This document shows positions 1-8,393 of a stretch of 32,000 nt of DNA, piece by piece. The notes under the pieces are model-generated. The model saw only the letters and a list, made by a program, of their open reading frames with translations, was not told where the DNA came from and made no database searches. The position numbers were made by a program, and so were the translations under genes. Numbering within the stretch: the first letter of the stretch is position 1; each line of letters starts with the position of its first letter. The stretch comes from Pantanalinema rosaneae CENA516. Its GTDB lineage: Bacteria > Cyanobacteriota > Cyanobacteriia > Leptolyngbyales > Leptolyngbyaceae. The stretch is from positions 50,594 to 82,593 of the forward strand of contig NZ_JBLZFZ010000032.1 of the NCBI RefSeq assembly GCF_050753385.1. The letters run 5' to 3'.

Positions 1-1242
1 AATTACATGGGGAATCTGCAACGGGGCTGGTTAGGCACTCGTCCCGTCACCGATGTGATTGTCAAACTGGATGCGATCGCGCAGGATTATGATTTTGGCG
101 GCACTCGCCTCTCGCCCTTAGCAGAATTCGATCGGCAGTTAAGTGTGATCAATGCCCGTTACCGCACAGGGGATGGTACAGGAGCCGCCAATGTGACTCC
201 GGCAACCTCCTGTGTGCAGGACTCTAACCAGGCATTATTTCTGACGATTCAACGAATTCGGGAGACGGTTGCCGCTAATCCGACGATTCAAAACTGGTGG
301 TCATCTCACCCGGATGATCCTACGGTGAAGCGGTTTGAGCGGTTAGTCGCCTTGGGGAATGATCTGGAAACCCAATTAATGCCCTTTGGCATTGTCCGAG
401 GCGATTGGAAATCGAATGCGAATGCGCTATCGGGAACCCAAATTCAGCCAGAGAACTTTACGCGTAGCGACTCAAATCTGCCAGAAAATACTCTCGCAGC
501 GTTCACCAGTTGGCGCACCATTCTGCCCCGACAGGCACAGGATGAACTCAGTATTCTATTTCTGCGTCACGGAGCCACATTATGGTTCTTGCAAACCAAT
601 CAAGTTGGGGGACGGAATCCGGCGATTCTACCGATCGCCCCAACGCAAGCCTTTGCCCGGTGGACAATTCCCGGTACGACAGTCCCGATCGTGTCTGTTT
701 TGTTTACGCGCATTTTAGGCTCCTTGAAACTCCCGAGCCTGTGGGACTGGAGTGTGACCTTCGGGATGTTGTTGGGGTATGGGGTTCTGGCAACGACGAT
801 CGGATTTGCTCACGGTTGGTTGCAGGTTAAACCCTGGTCTGCCTCAAAACAACGCTATTTCCTGTTAATGGGACGGGTGTTTTTCCTCCCGGCTCTCTTA
901 GAAGAATGGGTGTTTCGCGTGTTACTGCTGCCCTATCCACGGGCGGGTGTCACCGGACAAATGTGGATTACCTGGGCGATCGTCAGTCTGATTCTTTTCG
1001 TGGCTTACCATGCGATCGTGGCTAGAACGGTAGCCAAACAACAGCGTACTTCTACCCTGTTACATCCGATCTTCCTGATCCTGACCGGCTTACTCGGAGT
1101 TGCCTGCACCCTGACCTACTGGCTGACTGGTTCGTTGTTACTGATTACCCTGATTCATTGGGTGGTGGTTGTCGTCTGGTTAACCCTATTTGGCGGCATA
1201 GAGAAACTGCAACGATCGTCGCGATATAGTTTCTCCCGGTAG
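1..1242 (+). CDS. CPBP (CAAX protease / Abi) family intramembrane endopeptidase with a large N-terminal domain of unknown function; probably 5'-truncated by the window edge
   Basis: The frame is open to base 1, with no stop upstream of the ATG at 7. The C-terminal ~150 aa are hydrophobic helices carrying CPBP motifs EEWVFR (EExxxR) and FVAYH (FxxxH), plus a later His (LIHW). I recognise no motif in the N-terminal ~260 aa. Confidence 0.7.
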   Translation, partial: NYMGNLQRGWLGTRPVTDVIVKLDAIAQDYDFGGTRLSPLAEFDRQLSVINARYRTGDGTGAANVTPATSCVQDSNQALFLTIQRIRETVAANPTIQNWWSSHPDDPTVKRFERLVALGNDLETQLMPFGIVRGDWKSNANALSGTQIQPENFTRSDSNLPENTLAAFTSWRTILPRQAQDELSILFLRHGATLWFLQTNQVGGRNPAILPIAPTQAFARWTIPGTTVPIVSVLFTRILGSLKLPSLWDWSVTFGMLLGYGVLATTIGFAHGWLQVKPWSASKQRYFLLMGRVFFLPALLEEWVFRVLLLPYPRAGVTGQMWITWAIVSLILFVAYHAIVARTVAKQQRTSTLLHPIFLILTGLLGVACTLTYWLTGSLLLITLIHWVVVVVWLTLFGGIEKLQRSSRYSFSR

Positions 1243-1247
1243 TTTGC

Positions 1248-1682
1248 CTATTGAGTTGGCAACACATTCTCCTGCATTAAGCGGGCAACCATGGCGGCGC
1301 GAGAGGTGACTCCCAGCTTCATAAAGATGCGGCGGAGATAGGTGGAGACGGTACAGGGACTGATGGCAAGTCTTCTACCGATCGTTTTGTTGGGTAATCC
1401 CTGGGCGATTAATTGCGCGATCGCCATCTCGCGAGGACTTAAACAGATCGATGAGTCACTGGTATGTTTACGCCGAACGACATAATATTCGGTTTCATCA
1501 ATGCGTAATTCAAAAATCACTTCGTGGATGGCTCCGGCTGTCTCCCGTAACACTTTAATAGGCTTCCAGGGAACCTCTGTTTGACTGAGCGATCGCACTA
1601 ATAAATCCTGTTCAATTTGAGCTACATCAGGGGTTTTTGACAACGGTTTGGATAATTCTTGGGTATTCATCATTTGACTCAA
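1248..1682 (-). CDS. LuxR/GerE-family helix-turn-helix transcriptional regulator (small, 144 aa)
   Basis: The C-terminal segment LSPREMAIAQLIAQGLPNKTIGRRLAISPCTVSTYLRRIFMKLGV is a typical LuxR-type HTH. The gene is convergent with the CPBP gene (5-nt gap). It is divergent from the 2.2-9.6 kb operon across a ~560-nt AT-rich spacer. Confidence 0.8.
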   Translation of the reverse strand: MSQMMNTQELSKPLSKTPDVAQIEQDLLVRSLSQTEVPWKPIKVLRETAGAIHEVIFELRIDETEYYVVRRKHTSDSSICLSPREMAIAQLIAQGLPNKTIGRRLAISPCTVSTYLRRIFMKLGVTSRAAMVARLMQENVLPTQ

Positions 1683-2241
1683 GCATGTAGATCAGGGGGG
1701 CATAACACAGGTTTGAGCTTGGGAATCTGGTGAATGAATGATGGTCACGGGGTTGTTCAGTGGCAATGCCAATGCAACCCTGAAGGGAGAGAATTTTTTC
1801 TATGACGACTAGATCTCTCATGAAAGTTCCCTGACTGGAGCAGAACACGAGGCTAGATGAGTCGTTATCAGTCAAGGATCTGATCGTCAATCAAATAAAT
1901 CAACGTGAACAGAGTGTCTACGGATTGAACATGGTCAAAAAGCTGCATCTTCCTACCTCAATTCCGTCAGAATTGTGAGTGCGTGATCAATGCTGAATTT
2001 GTAGATGCTGAGTTTGTTTCTGTTGCGGCTCAGTGAATGGATTTATCGTGGCTGAGGAATTATGCCGCTGCTGATCAAGCTGTTCTTATTTAAGCGATCG
2101 TTCACCGGAGTTGCCGTCACCCTAACGGGTACTTTTGCAGTCATGTCATTTAATTAGATGTCATTCATTTTGATGACTTGATCTCTCTGTCACCTAAAAA
2201 TAGGACTGCTCAAATCTTGCTCCTGTTGGTTATAGCTAGAG

Positions 2242-3129
2242 ATGAACCGCATTTCCATTGGGAGTAATGCAATGTTGGATGGAGAAACCCTACAACACGA
2301 ACTCGAAAGTGAGCTTGACAACGAGTTTGAATATGAACTGCAAAACGAATATGACATGCAGCATGAATATGAAGGTGAAGAGTTTTTGGGCGGTCTGGTG
2401 GGTGGAGCTATGAACGCTTTGGGATTAGGGGAAGGCGAAGGTGAGTATGAAGGTGAGTACGAAAGTGAAGCCTTTCTTGGAACAGTACGCAAACTCGCCA
2501 GTCGCTTAAAGCAGGTTGTTCCCAAAGTCGCGCCCTATGCTGCCCGCCTGGTTGGGACAGCGATCGGGGGGCCCCAACTGGGTGCCACCTTAGGGCAGGT
2601 GGCGCGGCAGAGTGAGTTTGAATTTGAGTTTGAAACCGTGGGACAACTCGAATTTGAAGGGGAACTAACAGGTGAATTTGAGTTTGAAACCATGCCCCAA
2701 ATGGAAACCCTGGCAGAAGCGTTGGCTGGAGCCGCTACCAAAGTCCAAAACGAAGCGGAAGCCGAAGCCTATATAGGAGCGGCTGTCACCCGAGTGCTAC
2801 CTGCAAAGTCGGTGGCGGTGCAAAAACAGGTTCCGGCGATCGTCAAAGCATCGGCTGAACTAGCTCGGGGTTTACGGAAACATCCGAGTACCCGTCCTCT
2901 AGTGCGGATTCTGCCGACTGTGGCGCAACGGGCTGGACAAGTTCTGGCACAAAAAGCCGCGCAAGGGCAACCCATTACGCGCCCAGTAGTTGCCCAGGTA
3001 ATGGCAACACAAACGCGAAACGCCCTTAAAAGTCCGATCGCAACGGCGCGAATTGTTGCAACTTCAGCGAAAGTGGCACAAAAAATTACCCAACCTGCTC
3101 CTACATCTCGCAGGAAGGTACGGAGTTAA
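2242..3129 (+). CDS. Hypothetical modular protein A1: three acidic (E-aromatic-E)n tracts, each followed by a hydrophobic/cationic segment, then a long basic Ala/Gln/Arg-rich C-terminus
   Basis: Long ORF. The likely true start is ATG 2272 (GGAG 7 nt upstream), which aligns LQHELESELDNEFEYE with the paralog's YQHELEMLDRELESEFE. Tracts include EFEYELQNEYDMQHEYEGEE, EGEGEYEGEYESEA and SEFEFEFETVGQLEFEGELTGEFEFE. It is a paralog of the next gene, sharing EAEAEA-[FY]IG, TRPL[VI]R..PT[VI]A and A[KA]QGQP. Confidence 0.7.
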   Translation: MNRISIGSNAMLDGETLQHELESELDNEFEYELQNEYDMQHEYEGEEFLGGLVGGAMNALGLGEGEGEYEGEYESEAFLGTVRKLASRLKQVVPKVAPYAARLVGTAIGGPQLGATLGQVARQSEFEFEFETVGQLEFEGELTGEFEFETMPQMETLAEALAGAATKVQNEAEAEAYIGAAVTRVLPAKSVAVQKQVPAIVKASAELARGLRKHPSTRPLVRILPTVAQRAGQVLAQKAAQGQPITRPVVAQVMATQTRNALKSPIATARIVATSAKVAQKITQPAPTSRRKVRS

Positions 3130-3190
3130 TTACGACAGTTGAGTGTCACTACGTCCAGATACAACCTATTTACTCAGGAGAAATTCACTC

Positions 3191-4015
3191 ATGTATCAGC
3201 ATGAACTAGAAATGTTAGATCGAGAACTGGAATCGGAATTTGAAACTGGCGTGATGGGAGAAACCGATCGCGAATTTGAATACGAGTACGAGAGCGAAGA
3301 GTTTCTGCCCTTGTTGGCTCCAGTTTTGAAAGCAGCGGCTCCTATGGCAATTCGCGCGATCGGTGGACTGTTTCGGCGGCGGCGTAAGCGGGGTCAGCGA
3401 GAATTTGAACTGGAATTTGAAACCCCGTTACAGGAGTTTGAATTGGAAGGTGAATATGAAGGTGATCCCTTCATTGGTAATCTGCTGCGGACGCTGGGCA
3501 GTGCCGTGGGTGGCGAGGGTGAATTTGAGTTTGAGCAACATCCAGAAGCGATGCCAGAGTTTGAAACTACGCCTGCCAATGAATATGAAGTGACGGCAGA
3601 ACACCTGGCGCACATGGCTGCGAATAGCCAGAGTGAAGCGGAAGCGGAAGCCTTCATTGGTTCACTGATTCCGATGGTGGCGCGGGGCATTAGTGCGGCG
3701 GCTCCGGCGCTAACTCGGATTGCCCCGCAGGTGATTCGACCAATGGCACAGGCAGGGCGGGCGTTATTCCGCAATCCCCGCACTCGTCCGTTAATCCGCA
3801 CCTTTCCGACGATCGCCCGTTCTACTATGTCTACTCTGGCGCGGCAAGCCAAGCAAGGACAACCGCTCAACGATCGAGTGGCGGCTCGGGCAGTGGCTAG
3901 CAATGTGGCTAAGGTATTGGGGAGTCCCCGCCGGACGGCATCTGTGCTGCAACGATCGCGGCAAGTTCACGGTCGGCATTGCTCCTGCGGGGCAAATCAG
4001 CGCCCCCGGTTCTAA
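3191..4015 (+). CDS. Hypothetical modular protein A2, paralog of A1 (acidic EFE tracts alternating with hydrophobic/cationic segments; basic C-terminus)
   Basis: ATG 3191 is preceded by AGGAG 10 nt upstream; the track's GTG 3143 start is less likely. Tracts include ELESEFE, REFEYEYESEE, REFELEFETPLQEFELEGEYEGD and EGEFEFEQHPEAMPEFE. There is a polybasic RRRRKRGQR run. The C-terminal half is collinear with A1. Confidence 0.7.
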   Translation: MYQHELEMLDRELESEFETGVMGETDREFEYEYESEEFLPLLAPVLKAAAPMAIRAIGGLFRRRRKRGQREFELEFETPLQEFELEGEYEGDPFIGNLLRTLGSAVGGEGEFEFEQHPEAMPEFETTPANEYEVTAEHLAHMAANSQSEAEAEAFIGSLIPMVARGISAAAPALTRIAPQVIRPMAQAGRALFRNPRTRPLIRTFPTIARSTMSTLARQAKQGQPLNDRVAARAVASNVAKVLGSPRRTASVLQRSRQVHGRHCSCGANQRPRF

Positions 4016-4054
4016 TTCCACCGTTAATGTCGGAGTGCAACCAGGAGTTGTGGC

Positions 4055-5413
4055 ATGAATTGGTTGATGAATACGGTGGAGAATGGGGCGGCGAGTCGAG
4101 TGACTCAACGGGCGTTGGCAGAGCTATATCAGGAAACGGCTCCTGAAAGCTGGGTCGAGCCGCCTAACTTAGATCCCTGGTTACGGGCGCAGGCAATTAA
4201 TGTGGTGCGTCATGTGGAGGCACTGCGTCCCTTTCGTCCAGGGGAGTTTGGGACGGAGGCTGCCAGTCCCAGTGATGCCCACATCGATGCAGCAAACCAA
4301 CTGATTGCCCGCCTGCGATCGCACCTGCAACGGGTAGCTACCACTGTAACCAGCAGTGTTCAGGTGGCGATGCATCAACCGGAAACGGTGTATTTGCAAC
4401 GGATGCTTGCCCGTAAGGATCGGGCGCATGATCTGGTGCGGATGATCGAGCAAATCTGGGATTTTTACTTTGAGTTGTTTGGGCAGCGCCAGAGTCAGTT
4501 TGGCACCTGGTTACTGGGGTGCGATCGCATTGCGCTCGACTGTTATCAGGATGTGTATATGGGCTTGGGTAAAGCGAAGTCGATTCCGGCACCACCGCCG
4601 TTCTCCTATGTCAAAACGGGATTTTCGCCTGCCACCTTCCGGCGCGGCATTCCCCTGACCAAGTTGAGTCAGCAATTGAATCCCTTTCCCCTGATCCAAT
4701 TGCCCTATCACCGCCTGGTCAACCCCTGGACATTGGGAGCGATCCTGCATGAGGTGGCACATAACCTGCAAACCGATTTAGGCTTACGCCAAACCATTCC
4801 CAAGGCGATCGCAGCGCGTTTATTAAAGGCGGGCATGTCTCCTGAGGTGGCAGCGATCTGGACAAAGTGGCACAGTGAAACCTTTGCCGATCTGTCGGGC
4901 TTGCTGTTGGGAGGCCCCTATATTGTGGCTTCCCTGATGGATATTGCTTCGCGATCGCCCCAGAGTACCTTTGCTTTTCATCCCGGTGCGCCCCATCCTA
5001 CGCCTTATCTGCGGGTGTTTATCAGCACCGAACTTTTGCGACGGATGGGGTTTCCCAAAGCGGCAGATCATTACAACCGCATCTGGAAACGGCTGTATCC
5101 CAATCCTCGGACGGGTAATATTCCAGCCGCCATGCTCAATACCTTCGATCGGGCACACAAACTGGTAGTGGATACGATCTGCTACACGCCCTATGCCGAA
5201 CTGGGTAACAAGTCATTGGCGGAGGTGACGGGATTCCGACCGCATCACCAGCAAATGATTGAGGAAGCCGGACGACGGTTAGCGCAGGGCAACGATCCGG
5301 GCATCATTCCCGAACGCTTGCTCATCTGTGCCTCCCGCCATGCGATCGAGCGCCGACTGGCAGCACCGGGAGTGATTACGGAAAACTTCTATAAAGCTTT
5401 AGCAAGGAGATAG
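4055..5413 (+). CDS. Putative zinc metallopeptidase (HExxH motif, possible gluzincin), family not recognised
   Basis: AGGAG lies 8 nt upstream of the ATG. The single HExxH is in GAILHEVAHNLQTD. About 35 aa downstream is a candidate third ligand Glu (WHSETFADLSG). No signal peptide or TM segment is seen. Confidence 0.6.
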   Translation: MNWLMNTVENGAASRVTQRALAELYQETAPESWVEPPNLDPWLRAQAINVVRHVEALRPFRPGEFGTEAASPSDAHIDAANQLIARLRSHLQRVATTVTSSVQVAMHQPETVYLQRMLARKDRAHDLVRMIEQIWDFYFELFGQRQSQFGTWLLGCDRIALDCYQDVYMGLGKAKSIPAPPPFSYVKTGFSPATFRRGIPLTKLSQQLNPFPLIQLPYHRLVNPWTLGAILHEVAHNLQTDLGLRQTIPKAIAARLLKAGMSPEVAAIWTKWHSETFADLSGLLLGGPYIVASLMDIASRSPQSTFAFHPGAPHPTPYLRVFISTELLRRMGFPKAADHYNRIWKRLYPNPRTGNIPAAMLNTFDRAHKLVVDTICYTPYAELGNKSLAEVTGFRPHHQQMIEEAGRRLAQGNDPGIIPERLLICASRHAIERRLAAPGVITENFYKALARR

Positions 5414-5419
5414 TACAGC

Positions 5420-7129
5420 ATGAAACGATATCGAATTCGGGGGAGGGTTCAGCCGAACGTTGGCGACTACGAAGCTGGTTTACGGGTGGAAGCCTGGGAT
5501 GAGGATCGGCAATATGATGATCTGTTGGATGCCGTTCGCACTGATACCCGTGGCGTATTTGAAATTACGTTCGATGAGGATGACTTCCAGCAGGAGCCGA
5601 CTGAGACAGAACCTAGACCTGACCTATATTTCAAGGTGTTTCGAGGTGAGGAATTATTAGGGCGGACTCCCACCCAGGCAGACTTTTTACTCGATGAATT
5701 TGACGATGCTTCAGAACAACCTCGATTTTCCTTCCCCATCGCTTTGCCCAATCAAAATCCGGGTTCCTGGCTACAGCTCTTGGAATTACGGCAGACCAAT
5801 TTCCAGCCGGAAGACGGTCGTCCTCCGAGCCACTTCCCAGAGACAGGGTCGGTGCATGTGGTGGATGTATTGCCCAGTCTCGATCAAATTCAGCGATCGG
5901 GCAGAATGGCGACTGTTTCGACTCCCACCCATTCCGGTGGTGACTTACAGGGCATTGTGGAAGGGGCATTAGGCACCATTCTTGGCAATACAGCGAGAAC
6001 CGATGATGCCAAGACTCTGGTGAATACCCTGACCCAAACCTTTGTGGCTCGTCAGGTGGATGGCAGAACGGTGTACGACTGGAATCCCCGATCGGTGGCA
6101 GTCCGAGCCTCTGACCTGGGGGGTGGCATTACCGGAGCGCAGGCCAGTCTTTACCATCGAGCCAAAACGGCAATTCAGGATGGCATTCAGTTGCTGAACA
6201 GTCTCTATCCCCTCAAATCAGCGGCGGATAAGGAGAACATGGAAGCGACGCGAGCGATCGTCCGGACTGAAATGCAGGAATTGTTAGCCGAACTAGGAGC
6301 GCGGGGGGGCCCCCGGATTTTGCGGGTCGATAATTTATTTCAACTGCTGCTGGGTGGAGAGGAGATCAATGGTAATCAGCGAGTTGGCGGGCAACTGAAG
6401 CGATTGATGGAGTTCTTTGGGTTGCTGCCCAGCCAAATTAACACCGTGGAAGAAGAACAAAATTACAGTAATTTCCTGACGCTCAAGGATTACCTGCAAT
6501 CGCTCCAGAGAAGCTGGGTGGACTACAAACGTAGCCAGGATTCCAGTGCCGGAGCCTATATTGGGACTCAATTAGTCCGATTGGCACAGGCGCTTGCTGT
6601 GGTTGGTGAGTCGGTGCAGGAAGTGTACCGGATTATGGAACTATTCTTCCTGGGCCCAGAGGAGCGGCTGTCGGTCTATATCGACTTCACCCGGGCGCGG
6701 GCTGAGACGTTTTCAGATAGCCTGCCAGGAGCCGCAAGTTCCCAAACTGGAGCCTTTCCGTTACCGGATGGGACGGCGTATCCAGTGCGTGATACCGCTC
6801 AACTACGCGACTCGATGACAGTAGAAGGGTTGCTGAATTGGGTGTGGCGGTTTGCCACCGAGGAAGGACCGTTATTAGCGAAATCGGGTGGCAAGTTAGG
6901 CATTCAAGTAATTGCCGAAACCAGCGATCGCTTGATGATTCTGACCCAAGCCGCGACCTATACCCCGATTCCCAATGCCGCATTCCGGCGGGAAGGTGTG
7001 ATTCGGGCACTGCGAGATCTAGCATTCCAGCTTTACCAGGTGCGCCAATTAGCCGACCAGGTGAAACTCCCGATCGGGGATCAGCCCGATGATCTCGATT
7101 TTGCCCCGTCACTGCTCCGTCTGACCTAA
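5420..7129 (+). CDS. Hypothetical protein with an N-terminal prealbumin/carboxypeptidase-regulatory-like beta-sandwich signature
   Basis: The start is 6 nt after the upstream stop, with AGGAG overlapping that stop (translational coupling). The N-terminal ~85 aa read RIRGRV..G..EAGLRVEAWDEDRQYDDLLDAVRTDTRGVFEITF...PDLYFKVF. This has the spacing typical of transthyretin-like or carboxypeptidase-regulatory domains. The remaining ~480 aa are unrecognised and mostly helical-looking. Confidence 0.6.
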   Translation: MKRYRIRGRVQPNVGDYEAGLRVEAWDEDRQYDDLLDAVRTDTRGVFEITFDEDDFQQEPTETEPRPDLYFKVFRGEELLGRTPTQADFLLDEFDDASEQPRFSFPIALPNQNPGSWLQLLELRQTNFQPEDGRPPSHFPETGSVHVVDVLPSLDQIQRSGRMATVSTPTHSGGDLQGIVEGALGTILGNTARTDDAKTLVNTLTQTFVARQVDGRTVYDWNPRSVAVRASDLGGGITGAQASLYHRAKTAIQDGIQLLNSLYPLKSAADKENMEATRAIVRTEMQELLAELGARGGPRILRVDNLFQLLLGGEEINGNQRVGGQLKRLMEFFGLLPSQINTVEEEQNYSNFLTLKDYLQSLQRSWVDYKRSQDSSAGAYIGTQLVRLAQALAVVGESVQEVYRIMELFFLGPEERLSVYIDFTRARAETFSDSLPGAASSQTGAFPLPDGTAYPVRDTAQLRDSMTVEGLLNWVWRFATEEGPLLAKSGGKLGIQVIAETSDRLMILTQAATYTPIPNAAFRREGVIRALRDLAFQLYQVRQLADQVKLPIGDQPDDLDFAPSLLRLT

Positions 7130-7193
7130 CGCCCTGCTATCTCACAGCATTCATAGCTTGGTCATTTGACCCCGTTGATTCAGGAGAATTTCG

Positions 7194-8318
7194 ATGTCCA
7201 CAACTGGAGAAAATCAAGATTTACTCGATCGCATTGCGGCGTTAAAAGAAACGCTGGTCGATCAACTCGGTTCCCAACTGATTCAAAATCCTCAACTTGC
7301 CGATGCCCTCACACAACGGATTGAGGATATGTTAAGTCAGGCGATCGCGGCGAATTCAGCCATGCCTACCCCTGCCGATGGGGGCTTGGCAGAACTGATT
7401 GGGTTGGGGAAAGATGCCGCGAAAACGGTGACGGAAACCCGCTTGCCCCAAGGGGTAGAAGACTATGACGAACAGGTTGCCAGCGATCGCATTCTGTCGG
7501 TAGCGGATCTGTACTACCTCTACCAGATGGAGAAGGTGGGAGTCTTTCGAGTAGTTCGCAAACTACAGGAGTTATTTGATGCCGGAGCGGTGCGGCTGTC
7601 TACGGGGGATGGAGCCTACGGGCTATATCGCTTCGATCGCCGCAGCACTCTGCGCTACACGGAACGCAACCGGATGCAAACCTACCGCCGGGTGTTTGGC
7701 TATACCACGATTCCGCCGATGCCGAGCGCCAAGCCCAATACCCAGTTCCACGGTATGTTTACCCAATTCATTAACAGTGTGGCAGCCTTCTGGCGTGATA
7801 AGCGGATTTCCGATGTGATTCGGGAACGGGCTTACGATCCCAGTTTTGGCAGTATTGCCACAGTCCGACGAGCCGGATTGGATTTACGCAATAACTTGAA
7901 ATGGAATTCCTATGGACACATTAATGTGTTCCGAATTGAAACCCTGCAACTGTTGGATGAAGCCTTCCGAATTCTGGGAGCAGACGATGTCCGGAAGTTA
8001 TTTGGTGCTGACAATGCCTGGGATGTGGTGGAAGAGGTGATGTTGCGTTACTTCAACAAACAGGTGAATGCCTCCCAACGGCATCGGATGGCAACCTCTG
8101 GTCGATCGATGATTCGCTGGTTGGCACAAAAGTATATTCTCAATACATCACGGGCAGAATTTGAGGCCTTGCTACGTGAGATTGCCGATGTGGCGGAAGA
8201 GTGGCTGACCAGTGCAGAAGTGTTGGGGATTGCCTTTCGGGGAAATGTGCAACGCGTTGCACCGATCGCAGCGAATCGCGATGGCGGTGTCATGCCTCTA
8301 CGTGCCGGACAAGGGTAA
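7194..8318 (+). CDS. Hypothetical protein (374 aa), no recognisable motif
   Basis: AGGAG lies 8 nt upstream of the ATG. It is on the same strand and in the same operon as its neighbours. Codon usage resembles the neighbours, and it contains HIP1 sites at 7341 and 7483. Confidence 0.6.
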   Translation: MSTTGENQDLLDRIAALKETLVDQLGSQLIQNPQLADALTQRIEDMLSQAIAANSAMPTPADGGLAELIGLGKDAAKTVTETRLPQGVEDYDEQVASDRILSVADLYYLYQMEKVGVFRVVRKLQELFDAGAVRLSTGDGAYGLYRFDRRSTLRYTERNRMQTYRRVFGYTTIPPMPSAKPNTQFHGMFTQFINSVAAFWRDKRISDVIRERAYDPSFGSIATVRRAGLDLRNNLKWNSYGHINVFRIETLQLLDEAFRILGADDVRKLFGADNAWDVVEEVMLRYFNKQVNASQRHRMATSGRSMIRWLAQKYILNTSRAEFEALLREIADVAEEWLTSAEVLGIAFRGNVQRVAPIAANRDGGVMPLRAGQG

Positions 8319-8393
8319 GTGCCGATCGGGTGGGCACTGCCCACCAAGCTTGGATCGCGGTGATGATTCTGTTAGTAGAAGGAAGGCTAGGCA

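Noticed and set aside
2190-3903. Minus-strand ORFs 2190-2525, 2535-2741, 2769-2975, 3394-3903 and 3428-3613
   Set aside because: They are Ser/Asn/Pro-rich shadows (SNSNS) of the GAA/TTT-rich EFE-coding tracts. They have no SDs, and the + strand paralog pair is mutually supported.
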